Source of the DNA: Gnetum montanum
Taxonomy: Eukaryota; Plantae; Gnetophyta
Direction of reading: 5' to 3'
Length of the DNA: 64,000 nucleotides
Assembly: GCA_015680685.1 (NCBI GenBank)
Contig: MNCI01000416.1
Location: 9,578-73,577 of the forward strand
Positions 12,241 through 25,444 of this stretch are shown here, one piece after another. Position numbers and translations under genes: made by a program. Below the pieces are notes generated by a model, which saw only the letters and a list, made by a program, of their open reading frames with translations, was not told where the DNA came from and ran no database searches. The stretch's first letter is position 1; each line of letters opens with the position of its first letter.

Positions 12241-14990
12241 ATGGCCCCAAAAAGAGGTACTTAGGTTGAACCCTCGTAGAGCACTATTAAGTGTCCATGT
12301 GGTGGCCTCAGTCAACAAGGAGAACATGAGGAACATGTTGAGTAGGATGCCCAATCTTTCAATATTCACCAAGAGGTCTCTACTACTAAGTAATCAGCCT
12401 AAGGAGAGATGGTAGAAGTACCAAGCCCCAAACAAGGACAACGTCTCATGTTGTCCCTTGATGGCCTTGCTACCACCTTGGAAAAATCAACATTAGATTT
12501 GATCATTATGGAAATGAACTTTGGTCCATTCATGGAGTTTGCTTCAGAAGCAGTGTAGACACAACTTAAAGTGTCCCCATTATGGCCTGTCTTGTTTGAC
12601 TATGGTGAATGATACCTAGGCAAAGTCTATTAATTTTGGCATAATAAAGGTGAGGTCACCATTATTAACATCTGCAGGGTGATTTTCTCTTATTCATTCA
12701 AGGACATAGCTGTAGCTCTCAACCTACCCAATGAAGGAGCTAAGGTTGCTCACTTGTTGACCAAATTTGACCTTGAAACAAAGAAAATGTGGCTAAGGTG
12801 GGCGTATGGCAAAGAAGACAAGTCATACAATTAAATGAATCTAGATGAGAAAGCCTACTTCAAGATTGGTGTGTGTCACTTGTTTCCCACAAAAGGGCTC
12901 AATCGAATCTCCACTTATGCAGCTAGGGGAAGTGCTAGTCTAATGGAAAAACTTGCAGTCAACCTTCCCTAGTATTATTTCATAGAAATTCAATGGTGGT
13001 TCGAAGAAATGAAGTCAAGGATACCAACACTTCCATTTCCTTGCTTAATTAGAAAGTTATCCAAGCACACAAGAATCCTAGGATACACTAATGATATCCT
13101 TAGGAAGGCCTAGCATGCCTCCTTCATAGAACTCCTGAAAACGGTAGCACCAAGAAAAGATTCTGGTGAAGAGAAAGAAGTAGAGAAGGAGGTTGCACTG
13201 CGAATAGAGATGTAACAAGAGCCTAAATAGCATTCATAAATACAAGCTTCATCACTACCACCACAAGATTATAGGCCTTCGATGAGCCACCTATAGAGGA
13301 TCACTAAAATAGTTAGTCAAGGAAGTAGGGATGAGGCCAATCTCTTTTGAGTCATGGATGATGTCATATGATCCACCATATCAGCTAATCCAATGAGGGG
13401 AGAGATCTTAATACAGTCAAAAGGAGCAAGAGGAGAAGGATCCTAGTGGTCACACTAGATCTCTGGAAATGCTACATCCTTTTAAGTCATGTCAGAAACT
13501 GGAGAAGGTGCTACAATTATGATGCTATAACATGAGGATGTGGTGGGCATAGTAGAGGTGATCACTGATCATATCAAAGAGTCATTCAATGTGCTTATTG
13601 TACCCTCGATAGATTTTGCAGGAACTAAAGATGTAAAAATGTTGGTTGGGACCTCAATGACTCCTATAGTGCATGAGGATATGCTTGATCACTTGCTGCA
13701 GACAGGTTAAGTGATGACTACTTTGTTTGACATCCCCAGTAACATCACTACAACACAATCAAACCTCATCACAACCAAGGGGAAGATGGTCATGGTAGAA
13801 GTCATGGTAGAACATGCAAAAGCTAAAATACAAAGATTACAAGTAGAGCTAGTTGTCCTACAAGTTGAACAACGCGATCCTGCATGTTTTTCTATGTTAG
13901 ACCAACTAGAGCAATTCAGGATAGAGAAGCTCACCAAGCTACCAAAGGAGAAAGAAGCTATGGAGTGAGAGAAGGAGATGGTAATTTGGAATGCCTTTGT
14001 TGTAGATGTGCAATCTCATGCATATAAAAAGGCATTGATCATCATCCAAGAGGAAAATAAGTAGCTCATTATAGAAAATTCCAGGTTGATCACTGTAGAA
14101 AAATAAAAGAACATCTTAGAAGAAAGTGTCCACCACTTGTAAGAGCAATTAGTGACAATCAACCAGGATATGAATAGATTAGCTTGGGTGAACAAAACCC
14201 TCTCCATGGAGGAGGTACATGCTATTCACCAAAAGTCAACAATCGAAATTAGCATGTGGAAAAATGAGGCCAAGAAGCATGAAAAATTGAAAGAGCACTT
14301 CCACAACTAGGTTGGCATGTATAAACAGATCAATGAAAAGGAAATCAAGATGGACAAAGCCCACATCAACTCCTTGTCAGCACAGAATCCTAAGTGGTAG
14401 CCCATCTTGGATAGTTATGCCATGGTCCAATAAGTAGAAATAGAATACAAGGACCTATAGATAGAGGATCTAAAGGAGTACATGGTGTTCGCTAACCTTA
14501 GATATGTCAATCTTGCCATGTTACCAACAAGTCATCCTTGAAGTGAGCTAGAGAAACAAGTGGTGACCAACTATGTGTTGTATGAGAAAGAGTTTGTAGA
14601 TTGAAAAGATGCTTTGCAAAAGTTATAGGTAGCAAACTCAAAGTTAGAGATGGTCCAAGCTAGTTATCAGGGACAAAAATATGTAGCCTTGAATCTAGCT
14701 CCCATATTAACAAATTATCATGAGCTTAGGAACAAAGCTAGGGCTTTCGAGGAAGAACAATGGTAATTTGCAGCATGGTATGTAAAGGCAAATCAAATTT
14801 TTTTGCAACTGCCATGTCCTTAGGATGTACCAATGCCAGCATACATCGGCATAACAACCTAAACAGTGCACAACCCAAGGACAAAGGAAGAAAAATTACA
14901 GGCCTTGCTCAATCGTTACAAATTTTAGTGGCCTAACAACATAGTGAAGTACCTGATGGAAGAGCCACCACCTCCAGGCACCACATTTTT
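12241..14990 (+). pseudogene. env-like/accessory ORF (Athila ORF / plant-TE domain plus coiled-coil C-terminus)
   Basis: Starts MAPKRG directly after ttgtag. Contains MNFGPFMEF, IAVALNLP and VNLP*YYF...LPFPCLIRKL. Heptad-like tail AKAKIQRLQVELVVLQ (ORF 13711-13968). Confidence 0.7.
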
Positions 14991-15100
14991 CTTCCAATCT
15001 TGCTTTTTTTTTTGTTTTATTTTTTAATAATGTGTTCCATTTTTGTACTACACCACTATAGCATGTAATAGTTAATTATTTTGTTCATTGTTGAGTCAAT

Positions 15101-16779
15101 TGAAACACCACTAATTTTGGCCTAACACTTTGAAACAAGAACAACTCAAGCCCTTTCAAGCATTCAGGAGGCAAAATTTAACTAAGTCAGGGAGCTCAAG
15201 TCCAGCTTGATCACACTATCAAGTTAGCTTGCCCTCAGCATGAGCAACTCCAATAGCTTCAAAATCAAGTCAAAACAATCCAAATCTAAAAGTGTCAGGC
15301 TGCAATATGAGTCCAGCATGACCAACTTTCAGAGCCTCAAAACAGGATCAAAAGAGCCTCAAAACAACGTCAAAATGGTCTGATTTTAAAGGGACAAGTC
15401 ACCCTCAAGGTTCATTAATGATTTCTCCAAGTTTCAGCCTCTAGAACTTTAGATTTCAACTCCAAAAACACTCATTTTTTTCACTGATGCCCAGGTCATG
15501 TTGGCAGTGTGAGTCTAGCATGATCAACTTCCAGAAAATTCTAAAAAATTCTAGAACATTCCAAAAATTTCTTAATGTTAGCAACTCCCAAAAAATTCTA
15601 CAAAATGACAGAAAATTTCAGAAAACTCAGGAACAAAGACGTTTCAAGTAAGATGGGTCAAATTTTCCTTGTACATTTCATTGTAAATCTTCATTTGTGG
15701 GATAGTTAAGCCCTCATGTCTAAATGAAATGTACTTTCATGGGCTTGAATAACCCATAAATTGTAAAATGCAATGTGCCTGGTCAAGAATGTAGCTTGCC
15801 AATACACATCCAACTCGTGCACAACTATTTGACACACATCCAACTCGTGCACAACTTTCCAACACACATCCAACTCGTGCACAACTATCCGACACAATCC
15901 AACTCGTGCACAACTATCTGACACAAATCCAAATCATGCACAATTATCCAACACACATCCAACTCTTGCCAACACACATCCAACTCATGCACAACTATCC
16001 GACACAAATCCAACTTGTGCACAACTATCCAACACATATCCAACTCTTGCACAACTATACAACACATATCCAACTCTTGCCAACATGCATTCAGCCTGAG
16101 CACAACTGTCCATTGGACACATGTCACTAGATCTGCTTTTCTCTCATCTCCCAGCCGTTGATTCCATTCTTGAATTTTGTGCTTGAGCCTGGCCCAACCC
16201 TATAAATACCCTGTCAATTCACATAAACCGAGGAAGGCAAAAATTGGAGAGATTGGCAATTATGAGAAAGATAGAACTTGCAATCCTTGGGCACTTGGCA
16301 CACCTGACTGTTGGCATCCAAGCATTTCTCACATTTATCACATCACATCATCGCATCATCACGTCATATCACCTTGGGCCTAGGCATTTGACTTGCCATC
16401 CGCACGCGTGCAACTACGCTTTGACCGGTGCACACTTTTTTTAAAAAAATATAATACAGTTTTATTATTGTCTTCAATTTACATTATATAGCTCTGTTTA
16501 TGCTTTATTTATAATTTAGTACGCTCTATTTACATTTTGTGTCACTGTTTGCATTCCGTTTACATCCTATTTACACTATTTACGATAACCCCAGCGCTAG
16601 CCATAGCTTACGTTCAGGGAAGTCCTTGGCTGATTTGCGTGCAAACCATCCAAGGCACTCTACCTTCGTTCCCTTTTCCAACTTGCCCTCAAGTGAAGGC
16701 AAGGTCAACTATGCATGCCCGACGATCTCTCGGCATTTGTTTCCCCTCCAGCCTTACACCGATGATTTAGGTCAACATA
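15101..16779 (+). repeat. 5' LTR of B
   Basis: Direct repeat of 22526-24229. TATA motif cctataaata at ~16199. Confidence 0.92.
15803..16110. repeat. ~30 bp tandem array in B LTR (acacatccaactcgtgcacaactatccgac); second copy 23284-23560
   Basis: About 10 units, including shorter 21 bp variants, directly visible. Confidence 0.92.
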
Positions 16780-17074
16780 GTTTTTGCGCTAGAAGGAGGG
16801 CATGAACCATTTCTGTCTACATTTTTGATTAGCACTTAGTCAAAACTCTGGATGTTCTAGAGAGCAGAACAAGTTCTTAGAGCATAGCAAGCTCCAGCGT
16901 AGTGAGTGTAGCACTAGAGTTGGCCATTTTTTAGCAGTTTTCACAGTTAGCATTTTTTTCCTTTCATTTTTACATTTATCCATTTTCTTGCTAGCAACAG
17001 ATTTAGTCATTTTTTTCATTTTCAAAGTTAGCCATTTTCTACAAATAGCACCTTTCACATCCCAATTTGTGAAT

Positions 17075-20000
17075 ATGAATCCAGATCAACCTTCTACATC
17101 AATGCCTAACACATTTGATACCACAATCCAACCAAAGCAAGCCACACTAAGCCCTAAATAGTATAACTTCATCTGTGTCAAAATCCAAGCCAATTTACCT
17201 ATCGACTGTATAGAAAGGGAAGCAAAGAAAGAATATGAATTTATCCACAAAGGAGGAGGTGAGTTCATCCCTTCAACATTTGACATAATCCTGCTATTTG
17301 AAAACCATCATAAACTCATATCCCAGCTTCTTATGGCTAGAAGTCAAGCCTTACAGCTACCGCCAATAGAGCCTCAAGATGAGGAAGATGATTTTGTAGT
17401 CCAATCTGAACATGGAGATTCCTACCATACCGTTAGTCTCCATGCCTACACAAACCCATTATTCCATCCTTTCCTAGAAGAAACGGTGCTTCCTCCTTCA
17501 TCTGCAAACACTCGAGCACCAATTTCCCGACAAGAGGTACCTACTTCCATTCCTATCTTCTCCGTACCCAATAATTTTCATTCTAATGCATCTACTTACA
17601 TCATTCCTCCACAAGCACAGTCCTAACAACTTCCCCCCCAAACTAACGCAAAGTCAATCTTTTGACCTCAAGTAATTGGAATGTCATCAATCATACTAGC
17701 TTCCACATCCACCCATTACATACCTTATGTGCAAATCCATGGAGCACCGTTGATTACTCCAACCCAACATGTTCAGGGTATTACTTCACAACCTATGGCT
17801 GGGCAATGGGCTCCATCGGTAGTCTCAGTTCTGAATACCATCCCACCACAATAAACATTAGCCCAACAACCTCTCTTCCCACAAGCAATGCAACAATTAA
17901 ATCATTATCATCCACAATTTGCTCAATCCACTAGTTTGCCTACCGTCCAAGAATGGGCAGACACATAAAAAATGATGCACTCTTTGGCAGAGGAATTAAA
18001 ACCCCTTAAAACTTTGAACAATGAGGAAGTCAAAGTACTAGAATTCTATCAAGATGACCCGATTGATCCCTAAGTTCCACCCTTAACCTTGCCAAAGGGA
18101 GTCTCGTTACCTCAGTTAACCAAGTACAATGGAGAGGGAGACCCAAATGCCCACCTAGTGACATTCTAAACCAAAAGTCTTTTGCTTCAAGCATGGCCCC
18201 ATGTAATTTTTCGTGTGTTTGCTATGTCTTTAATAGGAAAATCCTTAGACTGGTACTGAGCCTTACCCCGTAGCTCCATATCTTCTCTGGAGGATTTTTT
18301 GCACTAGTTTGTCACCCATTTCAAATACAATCTAAAACCTGAAGTCATGTGAGATAGCTTGATTCAAATTAAACAACCACCTTTAGAGCTAGCACAGAAA
18401 CTTATCCAAAGATGGAGTGCCGCCCTGAATGAACTTCATGAACGTATTCCTGAAACATATTTTCTTACCAACCTTAAGGCAGCTGCAAATGACTTCATTA
18501 AATCAAAACTTTATTATTTAAAACCTCGTACTTTGAGTCAGGAATTTGTACAAATTAAAGACATAGAAGAGGCTAGACAAATAAGTAATGACCCAGCTTA
18601 TGTGGCCTACAAAAACCAACATACGCGCAAGCAAAACACAACTGAGGCAACAGTAGCTGCAATAAAAAATGTAACCAACTGGGGCCCAACAGCTAAGCAA
18701 CCTTAAGCCCTAGCTAACAAAGTCGCCAACTTTGGTGCCAACTCACCTACATCAGCAGGGGCCACCCCAAGGTCCAACTTTCGACGTAAGGACCGCTCAA
18801 AGTATACACCACTACCGATGCAAGCCTCTCAACTATTGAAGCAACTCTTGAAAGCTAGGAAAATCCAACACAAACACGTATCAGAGATTACCCGCCAAAA
18901 ACATGACAGGTACTGCGAGCTATTAAGGAACCCCACCTTAGTAGTACCAAATGAGCCCCTAATCCCACAACATTTTAAATTGGACCAATACTATCATTAC
19001 CATCAAATGGCTGGTCACAATATAGATAATTGTCATGCCTTGCAAGATGACCTGCAGGGAATGATAAAACAAGGCCAACTAGTGATTGACACGGCAAGTC
19101 AATCTAATGCAAACGATGCCTCCTATGTCATAAACTCAATTAGCATAGGTGGCAATCCCAAACCTGTGCAAAAACCTTTTGTGATCCGTGTGCCTCCCAG
19201 TAAGGCAAGGATTCTCCTAGCCTCCACAAGCAAGAGGCCTCCCTTTATTATCTAGGTGCCACCCCAGGCACCCACAACATCCTTTATGGTCAAGGCATGA
19301 CAACATTCATTTGCTAAGATGTTAAACTAGCATGACTCATCCGCTAAGACGTTAAATTGGTATGATGCAACAACAACAACCGCTAGGCAACCTTTTTTCG
19401 TCAAGGTGCCACAACAAGTTAGTCACACAACAACCCCTACAAAAACTCCTAAGCCACCCTTTATCATAAGGATGCCACAACGTGATGGCCCCTCACCTAC
19501 CTGAAGCCCGATAGTGGGCAACATCTTGATCCCTCCTCCTTCAAGGGTTGACCCCACTAGAAACCCGGGTAGGCCCACCAAATGGGAGCACAAGAGGACA
19601 AACAAGCACCTCGCAACTCCCATGGCTGAAGCAAAGGCCACAACTAGCAAACAAAAATAGAACACTGGGGCCCCTACATGCAAGAAAACCAAGCCTAAAT
19701 CCCCCTCCCAAGAGGTTCGTCTCTCAAGCTTCACGAAGGAAGTCAAAGCCAACACAACGGCTAATGACAAAGACTTCATAGCTGCACTAACCTAGGTAAA
19801 GAAAACACTCAAGCAAAAGAACACAACATTTACCTTATACAACTTGGTCAAGACCTCACCTACTCACTACCAAGCATTGGCCCAGGTCTTAGCCTCCATT
19901 CCTGTTATGGAGGACATCCATGTAAATGAGGTATCCATCCGTGCAACAATGTTGCCTCCCACACCACAAGAATTGGGTTCAACAACCTTAGCCTTTTGTG

Positions 20001-20650
20001 ATGATGTAGTTAAAGTCAATCCCAAACGAGGGGAAGTCACTACAGCTCCACTATCCATTAGCATTCATGTTGGGCATTGCACCATTCACAGAGTGCATGT
20101 TGATGATGGTGCAGCAACGAACGTAGTCTTGTACTCCGTCATCGACAAGCTAGGCCTGGTAGATGAAATCAAGCCAACCAAAACCACATGTCTAAAATCC
20201 TTCATGGATCACATGTCACAGTCAAGGGTACAATCAACTTAGCCTTTGTAGTAGAAGAGCAATTTTCCACTAGCGTAGATTTCACTGTCATAGAGGAGAT
20301 GCTAGGTTTCAACATGATTCTAGGCAGGCCTTGGCTAGCTTAACTAAGGGCCATCTCCTCCCCCATCCACTAAGAAATCCACTTTCCATACGAAGGTGGT
20401 CAAGTTATCATCCATGGTGATAACGTTTCCTTTTCAACTATCCACGACATAGACATGGTGCAAGTTTTGGAAGAAGAGTTTCTTAATGGTACACCTATGA
20501 CAACCAATGCAACACTTAAGGCTAACACACCCGAACGAGTGGTGGAAGCTGACAGCTTCCCAGAGGATCCTAAGCCTTGCACACTCCCTAATCCATGCCA
20601 AGTTAGGAAGCAACTACATGACCAAGACTTTCCCTTAGCCAAAAATGTGG
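17075..20650 (+). pseudogene. gag: gag-protease of B
   Basis: LPQLTKYNGEGDPNAHL; LIGKSLDWY*ALP; knuckle relic YYHYHQMAGHNIDNC; protease VHVDDGAATNV (~20092) and FNMILGRPWL. Confidence 0.88.
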
Positions 20651-21055
20651 TGGGTGCCTGCCTACCCTTTGCCTCCGCTTACCATGCATTTTTGACTTTT
20701 GTTTACATTGCACTAGCCTATGCATTTACATTTTTCCTGCTCACTTAGATCATGCATTTTTCTTTGTTTACAGATTCATCAACTTAGTTTACACATTGCA
20801 TTTGAAAAACATAAAAAAAAAACATAAAACTACAAAAACACATGGCCTGAAAAGGCCTTAAACTAGCTTATGGCCTGGAATGACCTAAAACTATCACTTT
20901 TTGCATTGCTTTTCTTTCATTCATACATTCTAACTCTATGTACGGCAAGTGTTGCTTGATGTTCTTTTCTTCCTAGTTGATTTTTGTAGGATCTTGTAGG
21001 CACGTAGCATGACCATGCATGCAGCATCACACTTTACACAAGTAAGGTAAGCATC

Positions 21056-21340
21056 AGTCCACTATGACTATAAACTAGCACAGAATAGTCCTAGCATCAT
21101 GACTTAAAATTGATACCATAGAGCCCTGTCTGATATGATACTAAACTACTACATCCATCCACCATTACATGAAAACTAGCATCCAGAGTCCACTATGACT
21201 ATAAACTAGTTTGCCTCTTCATAGTCTGCTATGACTATAAACTAACAATGCACCATCTACTATGACGCTAAACTGGCACCATCCAAGGGGTTATGACATG
21301 AAACTAATCCACAACAGTCTGCTAAGACTATAAACTGGTG
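21056..21340 (+). repeat. Array of ~24 bp repeats (agtcyrctatgactataaactrgca) with short variable spacers
   Basis: About 9 degenerate units. Homologous array in element C at 33545-33790. Confidence 0.8.
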
Positions 21341-22525
21341 ACATCATCAACGACCAGGAAAAACTTGAAAAGATGTGTCACTGCAATCAGTTGTTCATGT
21401 TTCACAAAGACTTGCTTCATGATTTATCTCATAGGCTCTAATAAAGCTAATGTTATTCATGATTCTGTCTGCTTTGAAAATTGCACGCAATGAATCCATC
21501 TCCTTGTTTAAAGTGTTTAGCTGACTGTTTCATTTATGGTTTTCTTGTCTTCTTGGAGTTGTGTTTGTAAGATGACCCCTCTGAGGCATTCATGCATAGA
21601 TGCACTTCATTGTGAAGACAAGGTATCACATTTTTCCTGATGCATGTAACTAGGTTAATCAATCCATTCATGAGTACATTCCCAACTTCTGATGCATCCC
21701 CTATTTCCCCCATCATGCCCCAACTATCCTACTCATTTATACCCCCAGATGCATTCCACTTAGCTCAACACTCTTGATACATTGTTGCACACTGTAACTT
21801 CCTAAGCAGTCGCAACGCAAAACACAGTACATAATGCATGGCTTAAAATGCAAGCGCTCGAACACAAGCATAACACTAAAAGAAAGCTCTTTCAAAAAGA
21901 CCAAAAGAAAAAAAAAAGAAAGATAAAAAAAGCAAAAAAAAAGAAAAAAATAAAACAAAGAAAAAAAGAAAAAGAACAAAAAGTTCAAAGAGCAAAATGC
22001 ATGGAAAAGGTTTTCATGACCCCGTTAACATCATAAACCATGGACTGTTGGCTCTTCTCACACAAGCCCCATGCGAGAAGGCAATTGTCTTGAAAAACAG
22101 TTACACTCGTGTCTCAAAGAGACCATGTTGCACATCATTGCTTGGCTTTGGCTATTTACAACAGGCCCTGCAAATACTCTATAAGAGTCCCATTTCTCCA
22201 AAGAATGCACCTCCTATGTCTTGGTTCCAAGTTTGCTGAAAACCTAGCTGTTGACAAGGACCAATGACATAACTTGTTCACGAGAGAGCATTCCTCTCCC
22301 ACAAATTCCAACAGTAATTTCTCAGCTTCCCTTGTTACAACCAATCCTCTCCCCTTGCATCTCAAACTACATATCCTCGATCCCATGTACTTTTAAAAAT
22401 AGTGCAATGACATCCAGGCAAGGGTTGACGGTTAATGTTTGGTACTTGTTTGTTCATGGTGTTTTGCACTTCTTTGTCAACACCTCTCGGGTAGATTCCT
22501 CTAGATGTCAACAAAGAGGGACCAA

Positions 22526-24229
22526 TGAAACACCACTAAAATTTGGCCTAACAACTCAAGCCCTTTCAAGCATTCAAGAGGTAAAATTTAACTAAGGCAG
22601 GGAGCTCAAGTCCAACTTGCTCAATCCATCTTGATCACACTATCAAGCTAGCTTGCCCTCAGCATGAGCAACTCCAACAGCTTCAAAATCAAGTCAAAAT
22701 AGTCCAAATCTAAAAGTGTCAGGCTGCAATATGAGTCCAGCATGACCAACTTTTAGAGCCTCAAAAAAGGCTCAAAAGAGCCTCAAAATAGCATCAAAAT
22801 GGTCTAATTTTGAAGGGAAAAGTCACCCTCAATGTCCATTAATGATTTCTCCAAGTTTCAGCCTTCAAAACTTCAAATTTCAGCTCTAAAAACACTCATT
22901 TTTTGTCACTAATGCCTAGGTCATGTTTGCAGCATGAGTCCAGCGTGACCAACTTCTAGAAAATTGCAGAAAATTCTAAAATATTCTAGAAAATTCTCAG
23001 CATCAAAAAATTCCAGAAAATTCTCAGCATCAGCAACTCTCAAAAAATTCTACAAAATGGCAAAAAATTCTAGAAAATTCTCAACTTCTAGAAAATTCCA
23101 AAAAACTCAGGGACAAAGAAATTTCAAGCAAGACAGGTCAAATTTTCCTTGTACATTTCATTGTAAATCTTCATTTGTGGGTTAGTCAGGCCCTCATGTC
23201 TAAATTAAATGTACTTTCATGGGCTTGAATAACCCATAAATTATAAAATGCAATGTACCTAGTCAATAATGTAGCTTGCCAATACACATTCAACTCGTGC
23301 ACAACTATTCGACACACATCTAACTCGTGCACAACTATCCAACACACATCCAACTCATGCACAACTATCTTACACAACTCCAACTAGTGCACAACTATCC
23401 GACACAAATCTAACTCGTGCACAACTATCCAACACACATCCAACTCTTGCCAACACACATCTAACTCATGCACAACTATCCAACACAAATCCAACTCTTG
23501 CACAACTATCCAACACATATCCAACTCTTGCCAACATGCATCCAACCCGAGCACAACTATCCATTGGATACATGTCACTAGATCTACTTTCCTCTCATCT
23601 CCCAATCATTGATTCCATTCTTGAATTTCATGCTCGAGCCTGGTCCAACCCTATAAATACCATGTCAATTCACATAAACAGAGGAAGGCAAAAATTATAG
23701 CGATTGGCAATTCTGAGAAAGATAGAACTTGCAATCCTTGGGCACTTCGCACACCTGACTATTGGCATCCAAGCATTTCTTACATTCATCACATCACATC
23801 ATCGCATCATCACATCATATCACCCCAAGGCTAGGCATTTGACTTGTCATCCGCACGTGTGCAACTACGCTTTGACTAGTGCATAATTTTTTTTAAAAAA
23901 TACAATACAATTTTATTATTGTCTTCCATTTACATTATATAGCTTTTTTTATGCTTTATTTATAATTTAGTATGCTTTATTTACATTTTGTGTTGTTGTT
24001 TGCATTCTGTTTACATCCTGCTACACCGTTTACGATAACGCCAATGCTAGATGTAGCTTACACTCGGGGAAGTCCTTGGTTGATTTGTGTGCAAACCATC
24101 CAAGGCACTCTTCTTTCGTTTCCTTTTCTAGCTTGCCCTCAAGTGAAGGTAGGGTCAGCTATGCGTGCCCAATTATTTCTCGGTGTCTGTGTCCCTTCCA
24201 GCCTCACACCGACGATTTAGGTTAGTACA
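22526..24229 (+). repeat. 3' LTR of B
   Basis: Follows PPT aaagagggaccaa and ends ...gtACA before TSD TCAAT. Confidence 0.92.
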
Positions 24230-24324
24230 TCAATCAACAATCCCATACCTGCCAATATTTTGGAAGGAATTTGTTACTGGTTTTGTTTAACTTGAGGACA
24301 AGTTTTTATTCAGTCGTGGGGGTA

Positions 24325-25195
24325 TGATGAGTCATCATTCAGTAGCCCTAATGTTGGATATGTGATGTTAGAGCCCTAACGTCACATACCCAATGTCGAG
24401 GCCAATAAGCAACATCGTGTACCTAGCATCACCTCATCTAAATTTTGCTTATAAATATGGTGCTAGGATACTTGGATGAGACAAGTAGAAAGTAAGGTAG
24501 ATAATTTAGTTTTTAGTTTCTTCTCTTTAAAGTCTATTATTTCTAGTGCATGCCTATAGTGTGATGTTTATAATTATATGACACCTTTGTTTGAGTGTGA
24601 CGTACTTGGACATGTTACATGAATGTCAATAAAGATTGAGATTACTTCCATCATTGTAACATCCACTTAGATTATTGTTGCTTTAATTATTTACTACTTT
24701 CTTTAGTTAAATATTTTATTTATTGCTATTTACTATTCTAATTATTAAGCAGAATACATACACCTTAATCATAAGTGTTTAAGTGTAAATACTTGGTAAT
24801 CTAGAGGTGTATCGTTTGGCACAACTAGTGATGTACACTTGGCAATCCTAGAAGTAGCCTCATGAAGTCCAAGATGTGTATGGATGATTAAGAGCAGATA
24901 CTCATTGTCCATAGGCTAGTTTAGATCTTGTTTTCCATCATTCATTAGATTAATTAATTCATCTCTTTATGGTCATCAGGCGGAGTGTAGAATTGGAAAC
25001 AACATCACATGTCTCACTTTGGACTAAACTATATGTGACAAAGCTACCACTAGTCCAAATGGGAAGATAGTGAACTATGATCAAAGCATAGTGGTCTAGA
25101 TACCACAACTAGTCCCATCAATGTAATTCAACCAGATCGTGTGTAAATGCTTGTCATTCGTATGGTTGAGCATAGCGGTACCTTGCTACTCATCA
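24325..25195 (+). repeat. 3' LTR of A/G
   Basis: 8 bp inverted termini. 24325-24950 is a close reverse complement of 57480-58107. Confidence 0.9.
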
Positions 25196-25346
25196 ATCAT
25201 TAATGTAATTCTTATAATAGAGGAGTGGTGCACTATTCATTAAACTAAATAAATTTTATTCAAGGTGAACAAGAAAGATCAGCATAAACCATAATGAAAT
25301 TTCTACTCATAGTAGTGTCATGAACTTGTTGATAGATCTTTCTATC
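25196..25346 (-). pseudogene. Displaced, inverted middle piece of PLE unit 2 RT
   Basis: Minus strand reads DRKIYQQVHDTTMSRNFIMVYADL...YYKNYIND, aligning to 3950-4103 of unit 1. This is the piece missing between 7610 and 58108. Confidence 0.88.
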
Positions 25347-25444
25347 TAATGAAGTGTGAATAAGTTGGCTACATTGATACATCCTTGGATTCATTGGTGC
25401 ATATGCATTTATGCTAATTCTCCTAAAACCTATATAAATGCACA
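25347..25444 (+). repeat. Start of an E-family 5' LTR, interrupted by element D
   Basis: Begins taatga (decayed TGATGA). Similar to 40735-40855, including cctatataaatgc. Confidence 0.6.

Larger units (their letters stand above)
15101..24229 (+). mobile_element. Element B: non-autonomous Tat-like Ty3/gypsy LTR element (gag + protease, no RT/RH/INT)
   Basis: LTRs 15101-16779 and 22526-24229 (TGAAACACCAC...). Perfect TSD TCAAT (15096-15100, 24230-24234). PBS t(g)gcgctagaaggaggg at 16784-16800, complementary to plant tRNA-Asn. PPT at 22513-22525. Confidence 0.93.
10901..25195 (+). mobile_element. Athila-like element A/G, 3' half (UTR, env-like ORF, PPT, 3' LTR), containing nested element B
   Basis: PPT gtcgtgggggta at 24313-24324. 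LTR TGATGAGT...ACTCATCA at 24325-25195, followed by TSD ATCAT. Confidence 0.8.

Noticed and set aside
15706-16130. Repetitive ORFs (IVVHELDVCW / HNYPTHIQ), also 23186-23605
   Set aside because: By-products of the 30/21 bp LTR minisatellite, open on both strands.
21056-21340. CRISPR array
   Set aside because: Spacers are too short and irregular, repeats are degenerate, there are no cas genes, and it lies inside a plant LTR element.
21737-22036. Lys-rich and Phe-rich ORFs
   Set aside because: Translations of an A-rich UTR tract.
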